64,000 bases of DNA from an uncultured Chloroflexia bacterium (GTDB taxonomy: Bacteria; Chloroflexota; Limnocylindria; Limnocylindrales; CSP1-4), in assembly GCA_963763775.1 (NCBI GenBank), contig CAVXPZ010000004.1:416001-480000 (forward strand). Reading direction: 5' to 3'. The notes beneath the pieces are model-generated. The model was not told the DNA's origin, made no database searches, and saw nothing but the letters and a program-made list of their open reading frames with translations. This document shows positions 1 through 9,360 of the stretch, in pieces. Positions within the stretch are counted from its first letter, which is position 1, and every line of letters starts with the position of its first letter. A program made the translations under genes and the position numbers.

Positions 1-454
1 CGATGCGCTCCGCCTCGCCGAGCGCGTGGAGCTCGTCGCGCAACATCCCGTCGGAACCCGGGATCGTGGGCAGACCGTACCCGCCGAGGAGGCGCCGCGT
101 GCCCTCCTTGCTGGCGAAGCGCTCGAGGACCCCGGCCGAAGGCCCGATGAAGGTCATCCCGTGGGCCGTGACGACCTCCGCGAACCCCTCGTCCTCGGAG
201 AGGAAGCCGTACCCGGGGTGGATCGCGTCGCAGCCGGTCACCAACGCGGCCGAGATGACCGCCGGCGCCGAGAGATAGGAGCGCTTCGCGTCGGCCGGGC
301 CGATGCAGATGGCCTCGTCGGCGAGCAGCACCGGCAGCGAGTCGCGGTCGGCCTCGCTGTAGGCGACGACCGCCTCGATGCCGAGCGTCCGGCACGCCCG
401 CAGGATGCGCAGGGCGATCTCGCCGCGGTTGGCGATGAGGATCTTGCGGAACAC
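1..454 (-). CDS. accC: Acetyl-CoA carboxylase biotin carboxylase subunit, N-terminal part (runs off window start)
   Basis: Manual translation from GTG at 454: MFRKILIANRGEIALRILRACRTLG...AIHPGYGFLSEDEGFA...FIGPS. Not in the ORF track because it has no stop inside the window. Confidence 0.95.
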   Translation of the reverse strand, partial: MFRKILIANRGEIALRILRACRTLGIEAVVAYSEADRDSLPVLLADEAICIGPADAKRSYLSAPAVISAALVTGCDAIHPGYGFLSEDEGFAEVVTAHGMTFIGPSAGVLERFASKEGTRRLLGGYGLPTIPGSDGMLRDELHALGEAERI

Positions 455-456
455 GC

Positions 457-1065
457 TCAGGCGTCCCCGGCCGGCGACAGCGCCAGCTCGATGACGACGA
501 GCTCCTGCCCGTATTCGACCGCGTCGCCCGGCTCGGCGAGGCTCGACCCCACCACGCCATCGGTGGGGGCGACGACCTCTTGGGCGACCCCGAGCATGTC
601 GACCACGCCGAGGCGGTCACCGGCCCGCACCGATGTCCCCTGGCGAGCCTCGGTACGTGGCTGGTAGATGCCGACAGCCGGCGAGGTGGCCACGACCCGC
701 CGGGGATCGGCGCCGGCGTGGCCGTCGCGACCCGAGTGTCCGTCGCGGCCGTCTCGGCCGTCCCGGCCTGGCCCGACGGGCGTGAGGCCGGCGCCCGGGT
801 GCGAGGCGTGCCCGGACGACCCTCGACCGGCGCGCTCGGTGGATCGCCGTGTCTGGTCCGGATTCGCGGCGACGCCGGGGCGGCGCAGGCGGACCTTCCA
901 GCCGCCTTCGCGCACTTCGAGCTCGCCGAGCCCGGTCGCCGCGAGCTTCACGATCAGGGCTGGCAGCAGCTCGGTCGCGAGTCGGTCGATGGCGGCGTGG
1001 TCGGCGGATCGCTCCGTGGCGCCTCGGGCGGGCCGGCGCGATCCCTGCGGCGTCGAGTCGGGCAC
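457..1065 (-). CDS. Biotin carboxyl carrier protein homolog (AccB-like) lacking the biotinyl-lysine
   Basis: AccB-type N-terminus (TGLGELEVREGGWKVRLRR), a linker, and a biotinyl/lipoyl fold (SPAVG...GDRLGVVDMLGVAQEVVAPTDGVV...GDAVEYGQEL). GTG at 1065 with AGGAGG upstream. Lies between accDA and accC. Confidence 0.85.
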   Translation of the reverse strand: MPDSTPQGSRRPARGATERSADHAAIDRLATELLPALIVKLAATGLGELEVREGGWKVRLRRPGVAANPDQTRRSTERAGRGSSGHASHPGAGLTPVGPGRDGRDGRDGHSGRDGHAGADPRRVVATSPAVGIYQPRTEARQGTSVRAGDRLGVVDMLGVAQEVVAPTDGVVGSSLAEPGDAVEYGQELVVIELALSPAGDA

Positions 1066-1069
1066 GCGC

Positions 1070-3031
1070 TTACACCTCCTCCCGAGCGGGCGGTTCGTCG
1101 CGTGACCACGACGGGACCGAGCCACTCAACCCCCGGCGGCCCGGATCCAGCAGGTCGCGCAGGCGGTCCCCGAGCCCGCGACCGGCCGGCAGGACCATCT
1201 CCGGCAGTTCGGCCTCAGTGTAGGACCCCAGCGCCCGGTAGCGTCGGTAGCGCTGCTCGACGAGGTCGTCGACGGTGAGGGCCGATAGCGCCTCGAGCCG
1301 GTCGAGGATGATCGGCCGGAGCCGACGCGCGGTCTCGGCCGGGTCCGTGTGGGCGCCTTCGCCGGGCTCCGCCACCACGATGTCGACGACGCCGAGCTCG
1401 CGCTGCTCGGCCGCCGTCATGCGCATGGCTGCGGCCGCGGTGTGCGCCTCGTCGGCGGTCCGCCACAGGATCGAGGCGCAGCCCTCCGGACTGATCACCG
1501 AGTAGACCGCGTTCTCCAGGGCGATGACGACGTCGCCGACCGCGATGGCGAGCGCGCCGCCCGAACCGCCCTCGCCGGTGATGATCGCGACGATCGGGGT
1601 GCGCAGGCGCGTCATCAGCGCCACCGACCGCGCGATGGCCTCCGCGATGCCGCGTTCCTCGGACTCCGGGCCCGGATGGGCGCCGGGGACGTCCACGAAC
1701 GTGACGACCGGGAGGCCGAACCGCTCGGCCAGCTCCATGATCCGCATCGCCTTGCGATAGCCCTCGGGATGCGGCATCCCGAAGTTGCGCCGGATGTTCT
1801 CGTCGGTGTCCGCGCCCTTCTGCTGGCCGATGACGACGATGGGACGGCCCTCGAGCCTGGCGAGCCCCGCGACCATCGCCTCGTCGTCGCCGAACAGCCG
1901 GTCGCCGTGGAGCTCGACGAAGTCGTCGGTCATCGCCCGCACGAACTCGAGCGTCCGCGGCCGATGCAGGTTCCGTGCGAGCTGGACCCGCGCCCAGACC
2001 TCGTCGGTCGCGGCGGTCGTCGCGGCCGCGGCGGTCGTCGTCCCGTTCGTCTCGGCGGGGTCGGCCGTGGACCCACCCTCCGCATCGGTGGCGGTCTCGC
2101 CGCCCGCGAGCTCGCTCACGCGGTCGGCGAGCGTCGAGAGGAACGAGAACGGCCGAAAGCCGGCCACCTCGCCGTTCGCGGTCGGCGTCGCGGGCGTCGC
2201 GTCCCGCGTCGGCAGCAGGCGGAGCAGACCGGCCAGCTCGTCGTGGAGCTCGGGCCGTGCGACCACGCGGTCGACGAAACCGTGGCTGAAGAGGAATTCG
2301 GCGCGCTGGAACCCGGGCGGCAGCTCCTGGGCGATCGTACCCGCCGAGACCCGTGCACCCGCGAACCCGATCAGGGCGTTCGGCTCGGCGACATTGACGT
2401 CTCCGACGGCCGCGAACGACGCGAAGACGCCACCCGTCGTCGGGTCCGACAGGATCGAGACGAACGGCACGCCGGCGCCGCGAAGCCGCTCGATGGCCGC
2501 GAGGGTCTTGGCGAGCTGCATGAGCGCCAGCGTGCCCTCCTGCATCCGGGCTCCGCCCGAGGCGCTCACGACGATGAGCGGGATCCGCTCGGCAAGGGCG
2601 TGCTCGGCCGCGCGCGTGACCTTCTCCCCGACCACGGCGCCCATCGAGCCGCCCATGAAGCCGAAGTCCATGACGCAGATCGCCACCGCGGTCCCGCCGA
2701 TGACGCCCGTGCCCCACAGGGCGGCGTCGCGCATGCCGGTCGCGGTCTGCGCCGCGCTCAGTCGGTCCGGATACGCCTTCTGGTCGACGAACCCGAGCGC
2801 GTCCACGGACTGGAGGCCGGCGTCGTGTTCGGCCCAGGTCCCCTCGTCGAGCAACTGCTCCAGGCGGGCCGCCGCGGAGAGCCGGAAGTGGTGCCCGCAC
2901 GTCGGGCAGACGCGCAGGGCCTTCTCGAGCTGCTTGTTGAACAGCATCGTCTCGCACGACGGGCACTTGGTCCACAGGTCCGCCGGGTAGGCGTCCTTGC
3001 GGGCCCGGAACGTCGGCAGCTTGAGCGGCAT
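1070..3031 (-). CDS. accDA: Fused acetyl-CoA carboxylase carboxyltransferase beta+alpha subunits (AccD-AccA)
   Basis: N-terminal CPSC..CPTC zinc finger, GGSMG and GGARMQEG (AccD); acidic Ala/Thr linker; FGMPHPEGYRKA, GEGGSGGALA and YSVISPEGCASILW (AccA). ATG overlaps the upstream stop (TGATG). Confidence 0.95.
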   Translation of the reverse strand: MPLKLPTFRARKDAYPADLWTKCPSCETMLFNKQLEKALRVCPTCGHHFRLSAAARLEQLLDEGTWAEHDAGLQSVDALGFVDQKAYPDRLSAAQTATGMRDAALWGTGVIGGTAVAICVMDFGFMGGSMGAVVGEKVTRAAEHALAERIPLIVVSASGGARMQEGTLALMQLAKTLAAIERLRGAGVPFVSILSDPTTGGVFASFAAVGDVNVAEPNALIGFAGARVSAGTIAQELPPGFQRAEFLFSHGFVDRVVARPELHDELAGLLRLLPTRDATPATPTANGEVAGFRPFSFLSTLADRVSELAGGETATDAEGGSTADPAETNGTTTAAAATTAATDEVWARVQLARNLHRPRTLEFVRAMTDDFVELHGDRLFGDDEAMVAGLARLEGRPIVVIGQQKGADTDENIRRNFGMPHPEGYRKAMRIMELAERFGLPVVTFVDVPGAHPGPESEERGIAEAIARSVALMTRLRTPIVAIITGEGGSGGALAIAVGDVVIALENAVYSVISPEGCASILWRTADEAHTAAAAMRMTAAEQRELGVVDIVVAEPGEGAHTDPAETARRLRPIILDRLEALSALTVDDLVEQRYRRYRALGSYTEAELPEMVLPAGRGLGDRLRDLLDPGRRGLSGSVPSWSRDEPPAREEV

Positions 3032-3549
3032 CAGGCGAGCCTCGTCCGGGCGACCGCGCGGATCGCGCGGGCCATCGGAGTGGACGCCTCGTGACGCAGC
3101 CGCCACGCGACGAACGCCGCGCCGGCGAGCGAGAGGGCCGCGGACGTCAAGGCACCACCGATCAGCAGTGGCCGGACGTGGTCCGCATCGTCGTCGAGCG
3201 AGGCGCCGCCGAGGTAGGCCGCGAGCTCGGCGTCGGCGAGGGGGTCCAGCACGGCTCGCGGCATCGGGACGACCATGCCCCCGCCGCCGGCCGCCGGAGC
3301 CAGGCGACGGGCGAGCGCCGCCGCGGTCAGGCGCGCCGAGAGGGCTTCCTCGAAGCGGAACGACGGGTGGAGCCGCGGCAGGCTCCGCGAGAGCCGCTCG
3401 GCCACGGCGCGGACGCCCGGGTCCAGGTCGACGGGAGCGGGGGCCAGGTCAGCGCCGAGCGCGTGGGCGGCGAGCAGGGACTCGAGGTATCGGTCGGTGA
3501 CCAGCGCGTCGATCTCGGCACCGTCCCGGTTCCCCGGGCTCGGGGTCAC
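3031..3549 (-). CDS. Single-pass membrane protein, putative anti-sigma factor
   Basis: 172 aa with a C-terminal hydrophobic helix (LLIGGALTSAALSLAGAAFVAW). Overlaps the ECF sigma stop. PSFRFEEALSARL resembles anti-sigma N-terminal segments. Confidence 0.55.
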   Translation of the reverse strand: MTPSPGNRDGAEIDALVTDRYLESLLAAHALGADLAPAPVDLDPGVRAVAERLSRSLPRLHPSFRFEEALSARLTAAALARRLAPAAGGGGMVVPMPRAVLDPLADAELAAYLGGASLDDDADHVRPLLIGGALTSAALSLAGAAFVAWRLRHEASTPMARAIRAVARTRLA

Positions 3550-4175
3550 CCGTCCCGTCCGTCGAGGTCGCGCGCGACGCTTCGCAGCGCCCGGTGGATG
3601 AGGACCCGGACAGCCCCCTCCGAGCGCCCGAGCACACCGGCGATCTCGGCGGTCGACATCTCGTCGACGAATCGCAGCACCAGAGCTCGGCGCCGGTCGC
3701 CGGTCAGGCGCCCGATGGCCCCAAGCGCGGCCCGCGCCTCGTCGCGGCGGGCCGCGTCGAGGGCGATGTCGAGCGGGGCGACGAGTTCCGCGGCGGCGTC
3801 GAGCGGGGTCTCCGGCCGGCGGCGGCTGGCACGACGTCGCTCGGCGACGACGTTCCGGGCGATCTGGAAGAGCCAGACCCGGAAGGTCGAGGCCCCGTCG
3901 CCGTCCTCGGGCCGCGCTCGCTCCTCGAACCTCGAGAGGTGGGTGAGCGCGGCCAGGAACGTCCGCTCGGTGGCGTCCTCCGCGTCGTGTCGATCGCGCA
4001 GCTCGTACGCGGCGTAGCTATACACCTGGGCGACGTACTTCCGATACAGGGCCTCGAACCGTGCCGGGTCGGCCTGGGCCGCCTCCACGAGCGGACGATC
4101 CCGATCGAGGTGGACGACGCGCCGGTCCCCGACCTCCTCCGGTCGGCCTACCTTCCTGAATGCCGGACGGGCCAT
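3546..4175 (-). CDS. ECF sigma-70 family RNA polymerase sigma factor
   Basis: Region 2 (DAEDATERTFLAAL, FRVWLFQIARN) and region 4 (MSTAEIAGVLGRSEGAVRVLIHRAL). Confidence 0.93.
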   Translation of the reverse strand: MARPAFRKVGRPEEVGDRRVVHLDRDRPLVEAAQADPARFEALYRKYVAQVYSYAAYELRDRHDAEDATERTFLAALTHLSRFEERARPEDGDGASTFRVWLFQIARNVVAERRRASRRRPETPLDAAAELVAPLDIALDAARRDEARAALGAIGRLTGDRRRALVLRFVDEMSTAEIAGVLGRSEGAVRVLIHRALRSVARDLDGRDG

Positions 4176-4179
4176 CGCG

Positions 4180-5028
4180 TTACACCCCGTCCGCGATCGG
4201 GTCCGGCGAGACATCGGTCAGGCGGACATGGCGGATCTCGCCGACGACGACCTGCCGCTCGCCCTCGGGCGTCGCCGGGTCCGCCACGACCAGGGCGCCG
4301 GTCAGCGAGTCGACGCCGAGCGCGCGGTGGTCGGCCGAGACGCCGTCCGGTCCCTCGATCCGCACGCTGCGGCCGGTGGTGAGCTGGCGGTCGGTCCAGT
4401 CGGCGACGTCGAAGCGGCCGCCCCGCAGGGCCTCGATGCGAGCTTCGAGGCGACCGGTGAACGCCTCGTGCAACGCGATCGCGTCGATCGGTCGGCCGTG
4501 CGAGGCCTCGCGCAGCGACGTCATCGTGTCGGCGAGTCCCGGCGGGAAGTCCGCGGCCGCCCAGTCGGCGTTCAGGCCGATCCCGACCACGACCCGCGGA
4601 TCGTCGGAACCGAGGCCGGACGTCTCGCCGAGGACGCCCGCCACCTTGCGCATCCCGCCCGCGGCGGGCGATCCGTCCTCGACGACGAGGTCGTTCGGCC
4701 ACTTGAGACGGATCATGCGGTCCGGGAGTCCGGCGACCTCCTCGGCGGCGTCCGCCATGGCCAGCGAGGCCGTGGCCGCAAGCCGCCAGACGCGGTCCGG
4801 CTCCAGCCACGTCGGACGGAACCCCAGCGAGAGCAGGTACGCGGCCCCCGCCGGCGCGATCCAGCGCCGGCCGTCCCGGCCACGACCGGCACGCTGCTCG
4901 TCGGCGACGGCGAGGCAGACCTCCGGCGTGCCGTCGGCGAGCCAGTCGCGGACGACGTCGTTGGTCGAGCCGACGACGTCGAAACGCTCGGCGCGGGCCA
5001 GGAACGGGGTCGAGGGCGTCGCCCGCAT
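4180..5028 (-). CDS. birA: Biotin--[acetyl-CoA carboxylase] ligase (no N-terminal HTH)
   Basis: STN, QRAGRGRDGRRW, KWPND, KVAGVL and GIGLN motifs. Confidence 0.95.
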   Translation of the reverse strand: MRATPSTPFLARAERFDVVGSTNDVVRDWLADGTPEVCLAVADEQRAGRGRDGRRWIAPAGAAYLLSLGFRPTWLEPDRVWRLAATASLAMADAAEEVAGLPDRMIRLKWPNDLVVEDGSPAAGGMRKVAGVLGETSGLGSDDPRVVVGIGLNADWAAADFPPGLADTMTSLREASHGRPIDAIALHEAFTGRLEARIEALRGGRFDVADWTDRQLTTGRSVRIEGPDGVSADHRALGVDSLTGALVVADPATPEGERQVVVGEIRHVRLTDVSPDPIADGV

Positions 5029-6290
5029 CAGCCGGCGGCGGCCACGTCGACGGCTTCGGGGCGCTCGAGCTCGAAGGCGTCGTGGAGGGCGCGCAGCGCC
5101 GTCTCGAGCTCGTCCTCGGCGACGATGCAGGTGATCCGGACCTCCGAGGTGGAGATCATCTCGATGTTCACGCCCGCGTCCGCGAGCGTCCCGAACATCC
5201 GCGCCGCGTATCCCGGGGCGTTGTGCAGCCCCGCGCCGACGATCGAGACCTTGCCGACCGAGGCGTCGGTGGTGAGCTCGCGGGCACCGAGCTCGCGGAC
5301 GATCGGGTCGAGGACCTTCTTGCCGCGGGCCAGCTCGGCGCGCGGGACGGTGAACGACATGTCGGTCGCGCCGCCGTGGCCGACGTTCTGGACGATCATG
5401 TCGATGTTGACGCCGGCCTCGGCGAGCGGTTCGAAGATGGCCTTGGCGACGCCGGGTCGGTCGGGGACGTCGACGATCGTGACCTTCGCGACGTTCCGAT
5501 CGTGGGCGAGGCCGCGGACCTTGTTGCGCTGCTCCACGAGCGGGTCCTCCCTGATGAGCGTGCCGGGGGCGTCCTCGAACGAACTGAGGACCTCGATGAC
5601 GACGTCGTTGACCCAGCCGAGCTCGACGGCCCGGACCTGCATGACCTGGGCGCCCTGGTGGGCGAGCTCGAGCATCTCCTCGTAGCCGATGACGGGGAGC
5701 TGGCGCGCCTTCGGGACGAGCCGCGGGTCCGCGGTGTAGATGCCGCGGACGTCGGTGAAGATCTGGCAGCGGTCGGCCCCGAGCGCGGCGGCGAGGGCGA
5801 CGGCGGTGGTGTCGCTGCCGCCGCGGCCCAGGGTGGTGATCTCGCTCTGACCGACCGCCGCGGCACTCCGGCCCTGGAAGCCGGCCACGATGACGACCTT
5901 GCCGGCCTCGATCTCCTGTCGCACGCGGCTCGGCTGGATGTCCGCGATGCGGGCCTTGCCGTACCGACCGTCGGTGGTGATGCCCGCCTGCGGCCCGGTC
6001 AGGCTGATCGCCGCGACGCCCTGCGCGTGCAGCGCCATCGAGAGCAGCGTCGCGGACTGGTGCTCGCCGGTCGCGAGCAGGACGTCGAGTTCGCGCGGGT
6101 CCGGGTCATCGGTGACGGCGGCGGCCAGCCCGAGCAGCTCGTCCGTCGTGTCGCCCATCGCGGAGACCACGACGACGAGGTCGTTGCCGGCCGCGCGCTC
6201 ACGCGCGATCCGCCGAGCCACCCGCTTGATGCGGTCGGCGTCGGCCACGGACGAGCCGCCGTATTTCTGGACGACGAGGGGGGCAGGCAT
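5028..6290 (-). CDS. lysC: Aspartate kinase
   Basis: [34 protein letters not shown] and two ACT domains. Confidence 0.97.
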   Translation of the reverse strand: MPAPLVVQKYGGSSVADADRIKRVARRIARERAAGNDLVVVVSAMGDTTDELLGLAAAVTDDPDPRELDVLLATGEHQSATLLSMALHAQGVAAISLTGPQAGITTDGRYGKARIADIQPSRVRQEIEAGKVVIVAGFQGRSAAAVGQSEITTLGRGGSDTTAVALAAALGADRCQIFTDVRGIYTADPRLVPKARQLPVIGYEEMLELAHQGAQVMQVRAVELGWVNDVVIEVLSSFEDAPGTLIREDPLVEQRNKVRGLAHDRNVAKVTIVDVPDRPGVAKAIFEPLAEAGVNIDMIVQNVGHGGATDMSFTVPRAELARGKKVLDPIVRELGARELTTDASVGKVSIVGAGLHNAPGYAARMFGTLADAGVNIEMISTSEVRITCIVAEDELETALRALHDAFELERPEAVDVAAAG

Positions 6291-6298
6291 CGGGGCGC

Positions 6299-6304
6299 AT
6301 TCTA
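6299..6304 (-). promoter_or_regulatory. -10 element TAGAAT 8 nt before the aspartate kinase ATG (leaderless-type promoter)
   Basis: Minus strand reads TAGAAT-gcgccccg-ATG with no SD. Confidence 0.6.
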
Positions 6305-6383
6305 CCGCCCGTGCTCAGCCCGACCTCTCTGTCGTAGTGCTGGGCCGCCTTCGAGGCTCCGTCGTTCGGCTGGAGCGGCCGCC

Positions 6384-7407
6384 TCAGTGCTCGACGACGT
6401 GGTCGAGCGTGCCCGCCTCGGCGACCCAGGACGCGACCTCCCCCTCGGTCGGGAGGCGACGGACGATGTCCGGCCGCGCCGCGACGACCTCCTGGAGGGT
6501 GACGAACAGATTCGACGGGTTCCGCTGCGCCAGCTCGGCCGGCGAATCGACGCCGGCGGCCTCGAGCAGGTCGCTGTATTGCGGCCCGACGCCGGGGACC
6601 CGCATGAGGTCCACCTTGTTCACCCAGTCGCGGATGAGGTCGCCGCTGATCCCGGTCTCTTCGGCGATCCGCGCGCGATCATGCGGCTTGGCGCCCGCCG
6701 AGAGCAGGTCCTGCGTCGTCGTGATGCCCACCGCCGCCAGCTTGGCGGCCTGGGCGGGACCGATCCCCTCGACGTCCTCGATGCTCATGCGATGGCTCGT
6801 GGCCGGAGCGTCGCCGTCCGCTGGCGCTGCCGGAGCGGCGGCGGGCTCGACGGGCGCGGCGGCGGGCTCGGGCTGCGCAGCGGCGACGGCCGCGACGGCG
6901 GCAACCGGCGCGGCGGCCGACGGGAGCGGGAGCGGGGGGAGCAGGCGCGGCGGCGGCCAGGGCGACCGGCGCGGCGGCGGCGGCAGGGGCGGGGGCGGCC
7001 GCCGGTGCCGCGGTCGATCCGTCGAGGCCGAACGCGGCCCGGACGTCGGCGGTGCCCAGGTACCAGAGGATCAGGACCGGCATGATCGCCATCGAGAGGC
7101 CGACCCCCGTCCCGGGGAACTGGAAGAATGCGAGGACTGCCTCGAACAGCCCGATCCCCGCGATGATCTGCGCGAAGAAGCGCGCCCAGGGCTGGAGCGC
7201 CCACAGTCCCAGCGCGGCGAGCAGCCACACGATCCCGGTGAAGACCGCCAGCCATCCCCAGAGCCCGACGTGCTCGACCGCCGGCAGGTCGCCGAGGACG
7301 CCGAACCAGTCGAAGCCGATGACGCGCAGGCCGAAGAACAGGAAACCGAATCCTGCGAGCGCCGCGAAGAAGCCGAGGATGGCGATGAGGATCGGCGGGT
7401 TCTTCAT
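6384..7407 (-). CDS. Membrane protein with Pro/Ala linker fused to a C-terminal DUF4332-like (HhH) domain; one frameshift near 6930
   Basis: Four hydrophobic helices from MKNPPILIAILGFF (GGAG upstream). After the frame switch, AAPVAAV...APATSHR runs open into MSIEDVEGIGP...DLMRVPGVGPQYSDLLEAAGVDS. Confidence 0.7.
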
Positions 7408-7604
7408 GGGACTCCTCCACCTGGACCAGACTCGCCTCCGGCGTGAGGCCGGGGCGATGCGATCGACGGTCCGAGTCGAGCGTGCTCGCAACGGTACCGC
7501 AGCCCGCAAGCGACCGGATGGTCACGGCGCACGGGCGCGGGCGAGGATGCGCTGGCACGGACGCCTCGACGACTACCATGGCCGTCCGCGCAGGAGGCCG
7601 ACCC

Positions 7605-8387
7605 GTGTGCTTCGATCTCGATAGCCATCCGCCGATCCCGCCGATCGCCGGCGGCGCGCTCGATTCCGAGCGGCTGACCCTGACGGCGGTCGACGGCAAC
7701 CGCCTCACCGCCTTCGGTGCCCGAGCGGCCGAGTCCGCCGGCGCCGGCGTCGTGATCCTCCCCGATGTCCGCGGCCTGCACCCGTACTACGAGGAGCTCG
7801 CCCTGCGGTTCGCCGAGAACGGCATCGACGCCGTCGCCATCGACTGGTTCGGCCGGACGGCACCCAGCGACGATCGCGGCGACGCCTTCGAGTACATGCC
7901 GCACGCCGGGGCGACGACCTGGGCAGGCATCGCCGCGGACACCGCGGCTGCCGTCGCGGCCATCCGGACGCCGACCAGGGGGCGTGCCGCCCCGACCACC
8001 GTCTTCACGATCGGGTTCTGCATGGGCGGCCGGATGTCGTTCCTCGCGGGAACGCTCGGGCTGGGTCTCGCGGGCGTGATCGGGTTCTACGGGACGCTGG
8101 TCGGGCCGTGGCGGAACGATGCGCCCGCCCCGGTCGACGTCGCGGCGGCCATCGCGTCACCCGTCCTGGGCCTGTTCGGCGGGGCCGACACGGCTATCGC
8201 GCCAGAGGCGATCGAGGCGTTCGACGCCGCGCTGACGGCGGCCGGCACCGACCATCGCCTCGTCTCGTACCCGGGTGCGCCGCACAGCTTCTTCGACCGC
8301 AAGGCCGCCGAGTTCACCGACGCGAGCGCCGCGGCCTGGGCGGAGACGCTGGCCTTCATCGGGGAGCGGACCACGCCGGCCCGCTGA
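7605..8387 (+). CDS. Dienelactone hydrolase family protein
   Basis: GFCMGG nucleophile motif, GGAD and YPGAPHSF. GTG start with AGGAGG. Confidence 0.92.
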   Translation: MCFDLDSHPPIPPIAGGALDSERLTLTAVDGNRLTAFGARAAESAGAGVVILPDVRGLHPYYEELALRFAENGIDAVAIDWFGRTAPSDDRGDAFEYMPHAGATTWAGIAADTAAAVAAIRTPTRGRAAPTTVFTIGFCMGGRMSFLAGTLGLGLAGVIGFYGTLVGPWRNDAPAPVDVAAAIASPVLGLFGGADTAIAPEAIEAFDAALTAAGTDHRLVSYPGAPHSFFDRKAAEFTDASAAAWAETLAFIGERTTPAR

Positions 8388-8393
8388 TCCGGG

Positions 8394-9356
8394 TCAGACC
8401 AGCTTCACGACCTTCGCGCCGGCGTTGCGCGGCTCGACGACCTCGATCCGGCCGGGCAGGTCGGTGTCCGCCGCGGCCGCCGCGAACGCGCCCTCGACCC
8501 GCGTGATCCCGGCCATCGAGTCGACGAAGGCGAGGATCGACGAGCCCGCGCCCGAGAGGCACGCCCCGAGCGCTCCCGCCTCGCGCGCGGCCTCGATCAT
8601 CTGGGGCATCTGCGGATAGACCGATGCCCGGTAGGGCTCGTGGATCCGGTCCACCGTGAGGTATCGAAGGAGGTCGTGCCGCCCGGCGGCGATCCCGGCG
8701 ACGCCCAGGCCGACGGCGCCGATGTTCGCCACGGCGTCCACCAGCGGCACCTTCGCGGGGAGCGCCTTGCGCATCCCCTCCGTCGGGAGCCGGAGCTCGG
8801 GGATGAAGAGGACGATCCGGAGGTCGCGCGGCGTATCGAAGCGCACGGCCTCGACGCCGTCGGGTGTCCGGGCACTCACCGTGAAGCCGCCGAGCAGCGC
8901 CGCGGCGGCGTTGTCCGGGTGGCCCTCGACCTCGCTCGCGAGCCGGAGCAGGTCCGCCTGCGGGAGCGGGTCGCCGAGGAGCGCGTTGCCGGCGACGACG
9001 CCAGCGACCGTCGCGGCGGCGGACGAGCCGAGCCCGCGCGCGAGCGGGATCCGGTTGTGCATGACGATGCGCCACCCCACGCCCGCCGGCAGGTCGCCGC
9101 GCGCGCCCTCGAGCGCGGCCTCGAGGCCCTGGACGAACCGGTTGTCGCGGTCCTCGGTGAGTTCGTTGCGGCCCTCGCCCTCGACCGTCAGCTCGATCTC
9201 GCCGCGACTCCAGCCGCGGACCTCGAGTTCGACCGTGTTCGTCAGGGCCAGCGCGACGCCGAGGCAGTCGTAGCCCGCGCCGAGGTTGGCCGACGACGCG
9301 GGCACCTCCACGGTGACCTTGCGCCCGTCGAGCTCGGCCAGCCAATGCGCGACCAT
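8394..9356 (-). CDS. thrB: Homoserine kinase
   Basis: VPASSANLGAGYD, PLARGLGSSAA, EGHPDN and SGAG. Confidence 0.96.
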   Translation of the reverse strand: MVAHWLAELDGRKVTVEVPASSANLGAGYDCLGVALALTNTVELEVRGWSRGEIELTVEGEGRNELTEDRDNRFVQGLEAALEGARGDLPAGVGWRIVMHNRIPLARGLGSSAAATVAGVVAGNALLGDPLPQADLLRLASEVEGHPDNAAAALLGGFTVSARTPDGVEAVRFDTPRDLRIVLFIPELRLPTEGMRKALPAKVPLVDAVANIGAVGLGVAGIAAGRHDLLRYLTVDRIHEPYRASVYPQMPQMIEAAREAGALGACLSGAGSSILAFVDSMAGITRVEGAFAAAAADTDLPGRIEVVEPRNAGAKVVKLV

Positions 9357-9360
9357 CGGC

